From the human T2T-CHM13v2.0 reference genome, Homo sapiens, in assembly GCF_009914755.1 (NCBI RefSeq), contig NC_060937.1: a stretch of 64,000 nucleotides of DNA; one strand, given 5' to 3'. This document shows, in pieces, positions 27,454 to 43,588 of the stretch. The stretch's first letter is position 1. Each line of letters opens with the position of its first letter. The translations under genes were made by a program, and so were the position numbers. The notes below the pieces were generated by a model. The model did no database searches and had not been told where the DNA came from. It worked only from the letters and a program-made list of their open reading frames with translations.

Positions 27454-28405
27454 AGAAAAATAAAGAAAAATAAAGCAACAAAGGTGAAAACAAGTTCTAA
27501 GAAAGGCAGAAGTCATTACCTGGGGCTACCAGCCTATTCTATTCTGTACCAACTTATTCTCCAAGAGGAATCAAGTATTTAAACTATTTACACATTTCTT
27601 TTTCCTAGATTAAAAGCTAAGTACAGAGAAGCAATAAAAAGTTGTGTAAAATGTATGTTTTCAATCACATGAAGGACAAGTCTACTCATTCTGAATGTAT
27701 TTGAAATAAGCATGAGTCATGCACGCAAAGTCAAAAAATCAATCACAAAATGTTTACTTTTATTGCATAATGTTGTCTAATTTTAATTTCTTCCTTTATA
27801 TATTGTGTGAGCATGTACATATGAGTGTTTGCACACACATACACACATATATGTATATGTGTGTACAGATATATACAAACACACACTCTTCATTATTTGG
27901 CATTTACAGACACACAAACACCTAAAGCATTATGTACTTTGTTGTGCACCTGAGAGCTTACTTAGCAGAAAGCAAATTTTATTTTACATTCAGCCATTAA
28001 GATTTGTTATTGTCTTATCATTATTTTTATTAGTTATAATTGTCATGTAAAATAGCTACAATTATACAAATCAGTATTTTTTTTTTGAAATGTGATGATT
28101 TTAAGCAATTCTAAGGGCTACATTTTCTTAATTTCAGAATGTAGTTGTGTCCTTTTGAGACTCTTAAGGCATTCAAAGCATATCAGGAACCTAAAATTAT
28201 ATATTTTAATTTATATTTTTTTCAAACGGAATACAGTTATAGCAATTAACTATTACCTACTTAATTGTAGTTTATCTACCTTACATAAAGATGGTGAGAA
28301 TGAACACTTTTGCAATAATCTGAAGTGTCTAAAGTAGTTGAACTCCATGAGGAAAGCTCTCTCTGTAATATTCTTCAAGAGCCAGTCGTGTTATTAAACA
28401 GATAA

Positions 28406-28818
<413 letters not shown>

Positions 28819-29531
28819 TGTTTCTTGATGTTCTTTAGAAATGGTGTTATGGAATATTCTTTTTACCTAATTCCCATGGTTGTAATATTAACACTCAAAT
28901 CGTAGACTAGACTCCGCTGTCAGAATTGCTTGAGGTTAAAATATTGTGAAGTTTTGAGAATGGATGCTCAATCCAACTGGATCCAATTGTGAAAGAAACT
29001 TAGATCTGAATTCCCAAATATTCTGTCTCTATAGAGAAAAGTTCATGCCTTACATTCTTCAGCAGTTATTTTAAGGATCCAATGGAATAACTAGTTTTAT
29101 AGTTCCAAGGGTTCTTCTGAGATCATTTCAATACTCTTTTGCTTCATTACGCTGTCTCTTCAAACTCATAATTGAGCTTGAGAGTAGTCAACTAAAATCT
29201 TCAAATAATTTCTGAATGTAAACTGCTAAGTACACCATTTTGAATCCTTTCAACGAAGATCATACATTGACCTTTATAAAACTTATGTTAACTATATTTG
29301 ATCTATCATTCCAGCCTGCCAATATTTGGGGGATCTTGATTCCACCATCATCTATAGCTCCATCTAGGCTCCAGAATATGAAAGACGACTTATTTTTTTC
29401 CTTGAATTTTTCATGAAATCTATAATGTCTACTTCAAAAGCTCTGTCCAATCTATCTCTTCCTTCATTACCTCTTCTACTGTCCTAGTTCAGCAGTTAGT
29501 TTAATTACCTCTCCTTTTTGCCTAAAAATCA

Positions 29532-29840
<309 letters not shown>

Positions 29841-29868
29841 TCACCAATTGGGTCCCTCTTCTCTAGAG

Positions 29869-30084
29869 CAGAGGTCAGCAAATAATAGTCTGTAGGCCAA
29901 ATCTTGCCTACCTTTATTTGTAAATACAGTTTTATTGGAATGCTGCCACAACCTTTTGTTTATTTTGTGGCTGATTTCACACTATAATGGCAAAGTTGAA
30001 TAGTTGCAACAGAGACCACAAGGCTGGCAAAGCCTACAGATATTTACTATCTAACCGTCTCTAGAAACAGTTTGTCAATCACTC
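29869..30084. mobile_element. MER58A hAT-Charlie MITE
   Basis: 'cagaggtcagcaaa...gtaggccaaatc...ttgcaacagagaccac...atatttactatct'; 8-bp TSD-like ctctagag / ccctatag. Confidence 0.85.
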
Positions 30085-30390
30085 CCCTATAGGTTATTTC
30101 CAAACCTCTTAGCATGACACTGGAATGTCTTTATGGTCTGATTCCAAACTCACTCTAACATCTTCTACCATCAATTCCTTCTCTTGGTTCCCCATGATCT
30201 TTCCTATCTGCCTATACTTACTCATATCATTTTCTCTGTCTGGAATGCCTTTCCCCAATTTCACCTCCAAACAACCAAACCCTAACCATATAGCAAGGTC
30301 CTTAAAAAAAAATGGTATTCATAAATGGTGAAAAACAATACATCATAAGTGCTCACGTTTTATTCTAATTTTAAATTATTACTACTATTT

Positions 30391-30716
30391 GGGGGTTTTT
30401 TGGTTATTGTTTTTTGAGACGGAGTCTCATTCTGACACCAAGATTATAGTACAGTGGCACAATCTCGACTCACTGCAACCTCTGTCTCCCAGGCTCAGGC
30501 TATCCTCCCACCTCTGCCTCTTGAGTAGCTGGGACTACAGGTGTGCGCCACTATGCCTGGCCAAGTTTTTTGTTTGCTTGTTTGTTTGTTTGTGTTTTGT
30601 AGAGATAAGGTCTCACTCTATTGCCCAAGCTGGTCTTGAAGTCCTGGGTTCAAGCAATCTGCCTATCTCAGCCTCCCAAACTGCCGGGATTACAGGTGTG
30701 ACCAACACACCTGGCC
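30391..30716 (-). mobile_element. AluJ with an internal (GTTT)n
   Basis: Diverged dimer; TSD ttact(a/g)ctattt. Confidence 0.92.
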
Positions 30717-31093
30717 TATTACTGCTATTTGATATATTTATTCTTCGGACCCACTTTGATAACTTCAGCACTGCACTAATATATATTAAGAATTGTTAAA
30801 AGTATTCATCCACCAGTGGTTTAGACAGCACACAGGAGCAAGGACTCCTTAAATATAAAAATATGATGTAATTGTCAATCAGATTATCCCAGTGTGTTGG
30901 TGACTTCCTAAAAGTAAGCTAGTCATTTTGCAATTTCACATCATAAGGTGCCATTTTATTAATGACAGTAGCATTTTACATAATGGTTCACTTGTCATCA
31001 TAAATAATTCATATTATTCTCTTAAAATGAATGTTATATGTAATTTTGGTTCATAAAAATTATTTCCTATAAGCCAAACCAAAGCACAGTCAG

Positions 31094-31312
31094 TGGCCAA
31101 CATGGTGAAACCCTTCTCTACTAAAAATACAACAATTAGCCAGGCATGGTGGCCCGTACCTGTAGTCCGAGCTACTCAGGAGGCTGATGCAGGAGAAGCA
31201 CTTGAACCTGGGGATCGGAGGTTGCACTGAGCTGAGATTGCACCACTGCACTCCAGCCTGAGTGGCAGAGCAACACTCCATCTCAAAAAATAAAATAAAA
31301 TCAAAATAAAAA
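31094..31312 (+). mobile_element. 5'-truncated AluS
   Basis: Begins at 'tggccaacatggtgaaaccc', with a complete right arm and an A-rich tail. Confidence 0.92.
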
Positions 31313-31320
31313 CACACTTG

Positions 31321-32620
31321 AATATATATGTGTGTGTGTATATATATATGTATATGGGATACATATATACCCCATATATATGTATATCCCATATACATAT
31401 ATACCCCATATATATGTATATCCCATATACGTATACCCCATATATATGTATATCCCATATACGTATACCCCATATATATGTATATCCCATATACGTATAC
31501 CCCATATATATGTATATCCCATATACGTATACCCCATATATATGTATATCCCATATACGTATACCCCATATATATGTATATCCCATATACGTATACCCCA
31601 TATATATGTATATCCCATATACGTATACCCATATATATGTATATCCCATATACGTGTATCCCATATATATGTATATCCCATATACGTGTATCCCATATAT
31701 ATGTATATCCCATATACGTATACCCCATATATATGTATATCCCATATACGTATACCCCATATATATGTATATCCCATATACGTATACCCATATATATGTA
31801 TATCCCATATACGTATACCCCATATATATGTATATCCCATATACGTATACCCCATATACATATACGTATATCCCATATACATATATGTATATCCCATATA
31901 TGTATATATACATATATATAAACACACACACACAGGATATATATATATACACACACAGGATATATATATATATATACAGACACAGGATATTTATATATAC
32001 ACACACAGGATATATATATGGGATATACGTATATGGGTGATACATATATATGGGATATACGTATATGGGTTATACATATATGGGATACACGTATATGGGT
32101 TATACATATATATGGGATACACGTATATGGGTTATACATGTATATGGGATACTCGTATATGGTTTATACATGTATATGGGATACTCGTATATGGGATATA
32201 CGTATGTATATGGGATACACGTATACGGGATATACGTATGTATATGGGATACACGTATATGGGATATACACGTATATGGGATATACACGTATATGGGATA
32301 TACGTGTATATGGGATATACACGTATATGGGATATGATATACACGTATATGGGATATACGCGTATATGGGATATACACGTATATGGGATATACGCGTATA
32401 TGGGATATACGCGTATATGGGATATACGCGTATATGGGATATACGCGTATATGGGATATACGTGTATATGGGATATACGTGTATATGGGATATACGTGTA
32501 TATGGGATATACGTATATGGGATATACGTGTATATGGCATATGTGTATATGGGATATACGTGTATATGGCATATGTGTATATGGGATATACGTGTATATA
32601 TATGGGATTATATATATCCC
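31321..32620. repeat. Complex two-armed inverted minisatellite (TA-rich VNTR)
   Basis: Left arm: 32-bp unit ccatatatatgtatatcccatatacgtatacc, ~14 copies. Spacer ~31915-32015: 4 copies of cacaggatatatata. Right arm: reverse-complement units, first a ~32-bp form and then 17-bp gggatatac(g/a)(c/t)gtatat. Confidence 0.97.
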
Positions 32621-33905
32621 TTCCTACTTGACAAACGCATTGCTTAGATGGGTTAAGATTCTTCACCAAACATTTCTCTTATTCTAGAAGTAATTTAGAA
32701 ATTAAGGGAAAGAGTCCAATTATTTTTACTTCCCATAAGGTAATCCATTTCAAAATTTTACCTGTTTTATTATAATTAATCTATTTTTATAACACAACAG
32801 AGTAGAAATTTGTCTTAGATAATGACAAGGATTTGAGCCAGATTGTGGCAGTCGGTAAAATCAAAGGCACCCTGCATGGCATTTTTGGCAGCTGCAAATG
32901 ATTGCTGGCTATTTCACACCTCACTTTTTCTTAAAAGGTCATATAAAATGCATTAAAAATCTATCTCCATGATACTAGCTACCAAAATATACTGAGCTGT
33001 GTACAGAGAGTATGGAAAATGCCAGCAGAGTGGTAGAGGTATGCATGGATTTTCTAGACATCAACCCCAAGCAATAGGAAAGAGTTTTGAAGGACCAGAG
33101 TCTATGAAAATAGCTTTTGTTCAAAGTGACCAAAGAGTAATAATTATTGAAAACAAATCTCAAAGTTAAGAGGACACATATAGTCTAGGCTGTTTGTGAT
33201 TCACCTTAGAATAGATTACCATGATGTGCCATCACATATCAGATTCATTCAAAAATTTATTAAGGACTTTTTACGTATACTGCAGCATACCTTCACTAAA
33301 GTACTAAAGCATAATGACAAAGGCCTTGAACATATGGGCAATTTTATTGAGAAAACCAAAAAGACACCTGATAAAGCATAGTAACAGCTTAAGGAAAAAA
33401 GGTAAATATCTTAAAAAGGAATACAGATTTTAAAATATATATATAAATATAAAAGTGTGTGATTGCTGAAAGACAAATGGAATGGGGCCCGATATACTTG
33501 AAAGGGTTGGATGGCAGAAATGAAAAAGTGAAAGCACTCTAATATATTCAAAGTGCACTGCTATTTTTTTTCCCGTAAGAAAGAGGGAGTCAAATCAATA
33601 TGAATGCTTACCCTTTTATTCAATAGTTAACCCAGAAGTATAAAAACAATAGACAATCACAGCAATAGGATTAGAGCAGTAATAGTGTGTTTTCTTAATC
33701 GATCTGATGTATATGAGTACATGCATCTATTTGATAAATAGTTATGGAACTTTCATAATCTATAATGTATTAAATACCATGTGCTCAGCTCTGTAGTAAA
33801 CAAAGGAATCAGACACAGATCCTGTCTTCTTAGAGAGTAAATAGAATATAAAACATCTTTATGGAAAACCATAACACCATATACAATCTGATAAATGACA
33901 CTTTA

Positions 33906-34225
<320 letters not shown>

Positions 34226-35396
34226 CTAGGCGTTGTGCAAAACCATGAAGATAGTTTTGGAGCAGGTAGCCTTTGAGGGAACTCTGGAACACAAATGGAA
34301 CTTGGAATTCGAGACTTGGGGTAAGGGAAGGAGGGATTTGGCAGAAAAAGTACCCTCCCCACATAGGGACAAACAACAGCCAAAGCACTAAAGCCACAGA
34401 ACATACAATATTTATGAAAAACAGCAGTAGTTTAGTTGATGAAGGCATCTTTAAAATGGAGAAGAATGCAATCAATCTGGAAATAGTTTGGAAACCATAC
34501 TAAGCCTTAAATTTTAAAAAGTTAGATTGACTTATTTTATAATCAATCAGTAACTACTGAAGGTTTTTGGAGGAGAGGGTTCTTTTTGCTGTTGTTGATG
34601 TATAGTTTGGCTTCAAACATAAATGGAAAGTCTGTGGGCAAGGAAATCATTTAGAAGATTCATTTGTCCTAAAGTCTATCATGTCCCAAACTACATCAGC
34701 AATATTATAAACTAGAGGCAATAGGAATGGTGAAGTTGAGAGAAAATGAAGTTATAATCAACAATGTTTAATAGCTTATAAAATGCAAGGATTCAGGGAG
34801 CAAAGTCTCTATTAAAAATGACTAAAAATATGAAAGCCTGGTTAGCTGAAACAAAAGAGATCCTGCTGGAAACAAGATGAGTAACGCTGAAAGTGAAGAT
34901 AAGCTCAGTTTTTAATATATTTTGGTGGTGGTGGAATTTATATGTGAAGTTCTTCAGTAATGGGACAAATACTAGTAGTTCCGAGGAGAAAAACGGACAT
35001 ATATTTGGAAGTCATCTGCACGGAAGTAATCATTCAAAGCACGAGTTATTTGATATTTTAAGAAAGAGAACCTCAAGTATTCTTGCATACTTGCAGGGTT
35101 TGATAAATTTTCATCAGTAAGAGTAGCTCCCCATGGAAGTGATTCTTAAATAGGAGTTCCCCTCCACCAATAGAGAGTAGCAAATCTCAGTCTTGAGAAA
35201 TATAGGTAAAACAAGGTGTACTTGGGGCAGGGTGAGTGAGGAGAGAGGGGAATTTTGTCCCATACTTTTTCCAATACTCGATAAACAATTCCATGGTGAA
35301 AAAGATACATTTACAATATTAATTGAGAAATAAAATTCAGGGAAAAAGAGATCAGGATGGAAACAAGCAAAATGAAAATTTAAAAGACAGAAAACT

Positions 35397-35806
<410 letters not shown>

Positions 35807-35899
35807 TTAATGGGGAATTGAGAAAGTTAATAAATTTTTATGGAAGACAATGTACAAGAAGTTGTAGTCTACATTGGACACAGGAAGAAACGCGAATCA

Positions 35900-36224
<325 letters not shown>

Positions 36225-36307
36225 GAAATTGGCCAATGAAAAGAAGTGATGGAATCATGGTTCGAGGCACCAACAATATTTAAGGAAGATGAGCTTGTGT
36301 GTAGAAT

Positions 36308-36607
36308 AGCACTGTTCAATAGAAATATAATGAAAACCCCATATAAAATTGTAAGCATCTTTAAAAAATTGAAATTAAAGAGATGAAAGTAATTTAACAA
36401 TATATTTTACTTAATGTATTCAAGTTATTATGTTTCAATAAGTAACCCACATGAAAATTATTGAGAAATTTTACATTCTTTTTTCCTATTATCTTATTTA
36501 AAGTTGTCAAGTACTTTACACTTAAAGACTATGTCAGTTTGCACTATCTACCTTTCAGGTGCTCAAGAGCCACAGGTGGGTAGCAGCCACTGTCCTGGAC
36601 AAGACAG
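36308..36607. mobile_element. MER33 hAT-Charlie MITE
   Basis: Ends 'agcactgttcaatagaaatataatg' and 'gtgctcaagagccacaggtgggtagcagccactgtcctggacaagacag'. Confidence 0.8.
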
Positions 36608-38882
36608 CTCTAGAAATAGAGCTAGGAACCTGAAGTGGTTTTTGCAGCTGTTACTTGACTGCTAAGTTTGGTTAGCTGGCCAGTAAGAAGTGGTACACAT
36701 GTATTTATTTTCTCTATTTTTTATCATCAAGTACAAATAGAAAAATATGAAGGCATTTGAATTAAGAATCATAGAATGCTGTTACAAATTTTCTTTGTAA
36801 CTAAGCAAGAATAATTCTTTGAAATGGGAATTTAAACTAAAACACTTTGAAGCTAATAACGTGAGCTTTTAAAGACACACTGTAAAAGTTAAAAGTAGAA
36901 AACATTTCCAGGATTTCTAAAGTAAAAGACACAATATAAACACAGGACTAAAATTGGTTTAAGAATTTCAAAACCATTCCTCATGAAATCATAATTATAT
37001 CAACTTGTACAAATAAAAGGTCAAGAACTTTCCAAATAATTGCATCCAGACATTGTCTCGTTAACTAGAATCCCACACGCAAAAGTAGTTCAACAACTGT
37101 TGGATTTATCCTTTGCTCACTCTATTTTCTCAAGACTGATGAAGACAGCTAAATCGCACATCTGGCATATCTTCTTCAAGCTATTTTCTACTACCTACAT
37201 CAAATAAAATGAATTCCAAATACTTCACTCTTTACAAGTCAATTAAAGAAGAATTCACTCTAAAACAAAACAAAAAAAAAATTACATGATTTCAAGAACT
37301 CTTTCCTTTAACAAGTATTTTTCTTTAAAAAGTATGTCCCTATTTTTATTGACAATTTGAAACCAACTAAACATGAAGCACAGGGAATTAAAAGACATCT
37401 TAGAAAGCAGATAATGTTTTAAATTTAAAGATCACATAGAAATCAAACCTTGGCCTATGTTCTTTAAAACTCCTCAGTAATATATTGATTTATTTATATT
37501 TCAAGTGATTGTGCTTCAAAGAAAAAAATTGTTTATGTTAAGACAGTTCAAATTGGAGGATCAACTGTCAGAGTTAAAGCATAAGGTAAAGGTAGCAACA
37601 GTCATAAAGCTGAATAAGATATTGCATGTGCTACTGCCTGGGGTGTGGGTGTATTTAATATCTCATAGCAGTTACTTCCCAGTACATAATGTATTATTTT
37701 AAGTGAAAAGTTACAAGAATCACTTTATTTTGAACATGTTATCACATGATGATATGATGTATAATATGTTGTCATTTTTCATACTGAAAACATAGATTAT
37801 AACATAGATTTGAATATTCTCCTAAACATTTTTTTAAAATTATGTTAAAATGGAAGCCATCTACCTACCTTTTAGCCTTGACACTTTATTTTGGCCTTGA
37901 CAGATAAAGCGAAGACTTTTTACTTTGTATCACTGAAGATAACATGAAATGGCCCACATCAGCCCAGTAGCAATATACTCTCAAGATAAAACAGTAAATT
38001 ATTAGTTTTCTAAAGAAAAACTAGTAGTAATTGTTATAACTCTCCTCTTAACTCTACAATGCTGTTTTTATCTTTCCATTTTCTTAGAAGTAACTTGCTA
38101 TGTACATATCATCTTCCCACCCAAGTTCAAACAGTTTCTTGAAATATTACTCATGGCGTATTTGGCAAAATTTCCATTGCAAAGTACCAAGCACATGGAA
38201 GTCATTCAATAATTGACTTTTTAATTTTGATTATTGGGAAAAGAGAAGAAAAGAAAAATGCCCACAAGGAAATGCCTTATCAGACACTGCTAAGTAAGGA
38301 CAGGCTGGCATAAAAACATTGATCAAACAAGAACTTTGTTCGTCTTATTGTTTTTCCAGGAATGGAGCTCAACTCTACTTCATTATGGTTAAGGGGAAGT
38401 ATTAAAATGAAAAAGAGATTGGGACATTTTATCAGGGGAAAATCCTACAATCCACTTCTTTATTTTATTTAGTATTGTATTTTTATTTTTCTGTTGAAGA
38501 CAATAATACATTCCCTCAAAATGCTTGATAAAATTAATGATCCCTCTGATAATATGTCTAAGAGAGATTATTTTTTATGCTAAATTTGAAATGTAATTTA
38601 ACTCTTATTAACTTATTTAAATCTATAAAATAAACTTATTAAACAGATATAATGGATAAAGATGTAAAATAAATAATTTTTCTTCCCAAATCTTTTTAAT
38701 TCTATTTGAGTGATTTTTCTCTCATTTTTTAGGCTATTCTGGCACATAAGGACAAAAGAAGCCACTTAGTCAAAGAATGAAACAGAAAATAACCCCATCT
38801 TTCAGAATACCTATGTATAATCCCTGAAAACAACACCTACGTATAGTCACTTAAAGCAGAAAAAAAGAGAGATAATACAGAC

Positions 38883-39237
38883 TGATATGGTTCAGCTGTG
38901 CCGCCTCCCAAATTTCAACTTGAATTGTATCTCCCACAATTCCCACATGTTGTGGGAAGGATGCAGGGGGAGGTAATTGAATCATGGGGGCCAGTCTTTC
39001 CCCTGCTATTCTTAATGACAATGAATAAGTCTCACAGAATCTGATAGGTTTATCAGGGGTTTCCGCTTTTGCTTCTTCCTCTTTTTCTCTTGCCGCTGCC
39101 ATGTAAAAAGTACCTTTCGCCTCCTGCCATGATTCTGAGGTCTACCCAGGTATGTGGAACTGTAAGTCCAATTAAATCTCTTTTTCTTCCCAGTGTCAGG
39201 TATGTCTTTGTCAACAGCATGCAAACAGACTAATACA
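38883..39237 (+). mobile_element. THE1A solo LTR (MaLR)
   Basis: TG...CA termini (tgatatggtt...gactaataca), 355 bp, with THE1A-type 'ggtttatcaggggtttccgcttttgcttcttcctc' and an ATTAAA signal. Confidence 0.92.
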
Positions 39238-42200
39238 TAGCCCCACAGATTAGTTGGAACCCAAGTTTTTACTGATATGCTATGGAAATTTAATTTGTTA
39301 CTAATTTTCCTCAGTTAAACTTCTAAATATCAATGGTCGTTACCAGTTTTTTATTCTTCTTGTCCCTCCAAATATCATACTAATGTTGAAATTATAACAT
39401 GTAAAATGTTCTAACCACTATCAAGCAAAAATTTCATTAGTTAAATATGAGACATTCCTAAAATTTATTCATATTTACTCCATTGGGGAAAAAAAAGGAA
39501 GAAAAATGCAAAGAAATGTTTTATTTGTAGTTTTCTCCGCAAAATAGAAGTGTCAATGAAAAATAAAGATATGTTTTACTATTAGTAAAGGGATTTCTGC
39601 TGTCTGCAGAATTGCAGCCTCTTCTAAATGTCACCTTGGGAATATTTCAACATCATCTTCTTCATCTTATACATTTTTTTTTTCTAAGACACTGGAAACA
39701 TTTCAATCTTCCTTTTTACCTCAAGGATTTCCCAAAAGTCAGTTTGCAGAGGGATCAGTATAGACAACTTAAATAAGCAAAATCTGCCTTTATTTTTCTC
39801 TTGTTCCTACTCAGCATCTCCTCTCTAAAGATAGTCTAATAATTTTTATTCCATGTGCTATTTCTCTGTAGAAATTTATGAATCTTGTGGTAAAGTTTCT
39901 CCCCTAAAGTCACATAACATATGTGAGGGTTAAAACACTGACTTCTTGATTGGACAACTTTTTGAATTAAATAACCATTACTGAAGTCCTGGTATTTACA
40001 CAGTGATATGATGGACATAGTAGAATGAGTTTCCAATTGCATAGAGACCAAGACATACATATCCAGAAGACAGAAGTTAAGCAAGGCTGTATAATACACT
40101 TAACTCACTGCCAAAATTATTGGCAAACTTGTCATGTGAATGCCAAAAGAAGGACAGATCACTAAAGGGAGGAATAATCAGGGAATACATTTTTTGTGAA
40201 CCCCAAAGCAGAACACACTCTAGATATGTGGAACAGAGTGGGGGGAAAAGCCATGGCAGAAGACCCCAATAAAGTTGATACATGGAAATAGAATCCTAAT
40301 AGTATATTTGAGAAATAGTGACAAGACTGCATGGTCTGTCTGAAGTCAAGGGTTGCTGTTTCTATACAGCAGAATCAGGACTGCTGATTATTAAAGACAA
40401 GGAGCCACACACTTTGCTAAAGGTTTTGCTTTTTCGCACAGTCCCTACAACTCTATGAGGTAGATACATCCTTCCTCAGAGATAAGAAAATGGAGAGGGT
40501 TTCAGTATCTTGCTAAAGTCTCTTGAACTGATAAATGGCAAAGGCCAGGAATGAATCTGATTTGGAGAATATCCTATGCCAGGTAAGAGATGTGGGACTT
40601 AATTCCTTAGACAATTTGTGTTTCCTAATTGCCTTTAAACAGATTTTATGGCTTTATAAATATTAGTGTTTCAGGAAGATTGATATGAATGTTTGAAAAA
40701 AAGTTTTCTAATTTGTTCATGTTAGCAAAAAAGAAAATTATATTTTAAAGGAACTTTTCATGTCTTTTTCAAATAAAATGACTGAATCCCTTTGCAGAAA
40801 TATTTATTTCCATGTCATCTCAGCTTCTCCTAATTATGTTGAAAGTCGACTGATTTATAGAAAGATTTTTTCAGGTTGATAAAAGCCCCCAACCCTGGAA
40901 AGTAAAAACGAAAATATAACAAAGGAACCAAATTACTTTTTTGGTTCTCATGCCCAAACCTCAACACCACAGAGGACAGATAAGGTGTAAATAAGGAAAT
41001 TTTACTGTCCTGACCTCTGTTGAAGGTGTCATTTTACTAAAAGCATTGCACTTAATAAATTGACTTGGTGCAGTTACAGATACCTCCCTAAATAGTAGAA
41101 AAAGCAACAAAGAAAGGTTGAACCATTTGATGATTTGGAAATAATAATCAATGGATAAACTGACTACCTCATAACATATTGTAATTCAGCAATGAAGCAG
41201 AAATATAGCTCATGAATTTTAGAAGTTTACAAGAAAAGAAGTACAGTGTCCCAGATAAGGCACTTAGAATTCTCACCATCTTCTGCATTGGTTAGCTTAT
41301 GCCTGATACGGTTCAAGAAAGACATACACAAACTAGAAAGCAACCAGAGGTAAAATCTGAAAGCTGTAGCTGAGGAAGCACTAAAGGTATGGTGATATCC
41401 TGCCTGGAGGACGGTAGAGCCAGAAGTATCTTTCCTATCACAATTCTGAAGAATTGTGATGCAGTAGGGGAATTAGTGTGGCCTATCCACATAGGAACCA
41501 GGAACAAACAGACACTTCTTACTTCCACAAGAAGGCAAAAACTCTTACAATTAGTGTAGCCAAACAGTAAGACCATGCTGCTAAGAATATGCAATCACAT
41601 ATTTAACAACTATCCTGGAAGAATATTACACATGGGTGCCCACTTTGGTTGGGATTTAAACATTTCTATGAAAACTATAAATCAAATTTCATATGATTTT
41701 ATGAGAATCCGTACAAAAAGGAAAGGAACTTCTATAATTGTTTTAAATTCATGAAACATCATAGGTTAAAAGTGTATATATGCTTTAGCAAACTCTAGAA
41801 TTTTTCTTTAACCTTCTACCAGTTTTGTCTTGGGAGTCAAACATGAATTCTACATAAGCAACCCAGCAAGGTTTGGTTGAAAAGAATACTAGATTTAGAA
41901 TCAGAAGTTTTGTGGCTTTTTATTTATTCTTTTACCTTTTGCAAATTCATATCTCGGAATATTGTTTCTCATATATAAAGTGGCAATAATATCATCTGCC
42001 TTACAGATTGCTGTGAAAATCAAATGAAACCACATTTATACAATCAGGTTGTAGACTATGTGACACTGAATATTATAAAGGGTTGTTTTCATTCCTTTTT
42101 TTTGTTTCAAAATAAGTCTCTCTGTCTACTATTTCTTTCCACAAATCTCTTAGTTATTAAAGAACTCATCTGTCCCCACTTTAGTTTTCCCCTTCTTTTC

Positions 42201-42890
42201 TTTTAAAGTTCTACTACAGGTTCATTATCATGAGAACATATGTAATAGGCACACAAATACCTTTGAAAAATGGATGCTCTGCAGTAATGGCATCTCCAAA
42301 AGATAATTATCATCCAAACTTTAGTATGCATGTCAGATATGACCTCACAGCATCAAAGGGAAGAAAAGCAATAATTTCTTGCTACTTGGTGAATATGCAA
42401 ATTGCATTATACTATCATAATATATAAATTCTAATGGATGTCTAAATTGCAATGGCATGGCACAGAAGGCTAGATGAAACATAGCTTCACAGATTTCAGG
42501 TTTCCACCAACTAAGCTGTATCATCAAAACGTGACATCGAGATTAAGAAATAATTCAATGTGAATCTTCCTGGAGAAACAGTCACCAAACAAGAACATCA
42601 TGTAACTGCTTTGTATAACTGTGCAATTCTGCCCAAAAGACAATGTTACAAAGTGAGTGGTGCTTTACATTTCACCAACTGGAGTGAGACTACACTGAGA
42701 ACTGCCATTATGCAAACAAAACGGTGTACTCAATCCCAATAAAACTGCAGGGCTTTTGCAGGGAAAATACCTAGAGGGGTTACCATGTTCCACCACTACA
42801 CCTCAAAACATTAGAGTTATCTATACTTACTAAGAGATAAGACAATATTTTTTAAAAGTAATTGTTACATCATAATAAACAACATAATGC

Positions 42891-43199
<309 letters not shown>

Positions 43200-43588
43200 T
43201 CATGTACAAGAAAGATTCTTCCAAAATATACATGAATGAAGAGGAAACCCATAGATAGGAATGGAAGAAAATGTTGAAATTAAACTCTTCCCTTTATAGA
43301 TGACAAAGTGGAAGCTTAGAGTTTAAGAATACAAAAATCAATCACATTTGGAGTTCAGATTTGGTCACTGATGAAAAGTAAACTCACTTAACTGCAATAT
43401 GTTTTTTAAATGTGGCACTAAAAAAGGCATAATGATTTTAATAAGATGAAATCAACTACAAAAATTCCCAGGTCACTGGAAATTCCTTACCACTAAAGTC
43501 CTGTTTGGAATCCTCTTATACCCCCAGAGCACCAGCAACCTATTCTTTGCTGTGCTCAGTGTTAGCATCTCTGATAAAAGAAATGGTA

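Noticed and set aside
31345-32610. Regularly spaced ~32-bp repeats superficially resembling a CRISPR array
   Set aside because: The units are head to tail with no unique spacers, there are no cas genes, and the DNA is primate
31090-32687. Many long overlapping ORFs (up to 451 aa) rich in Y/I/M/G/P
   Set aside because: These are artefacts of a stop-poor tandem repeat that is open in nearly all frames on both strands, with no promoter, splice or codon evidence
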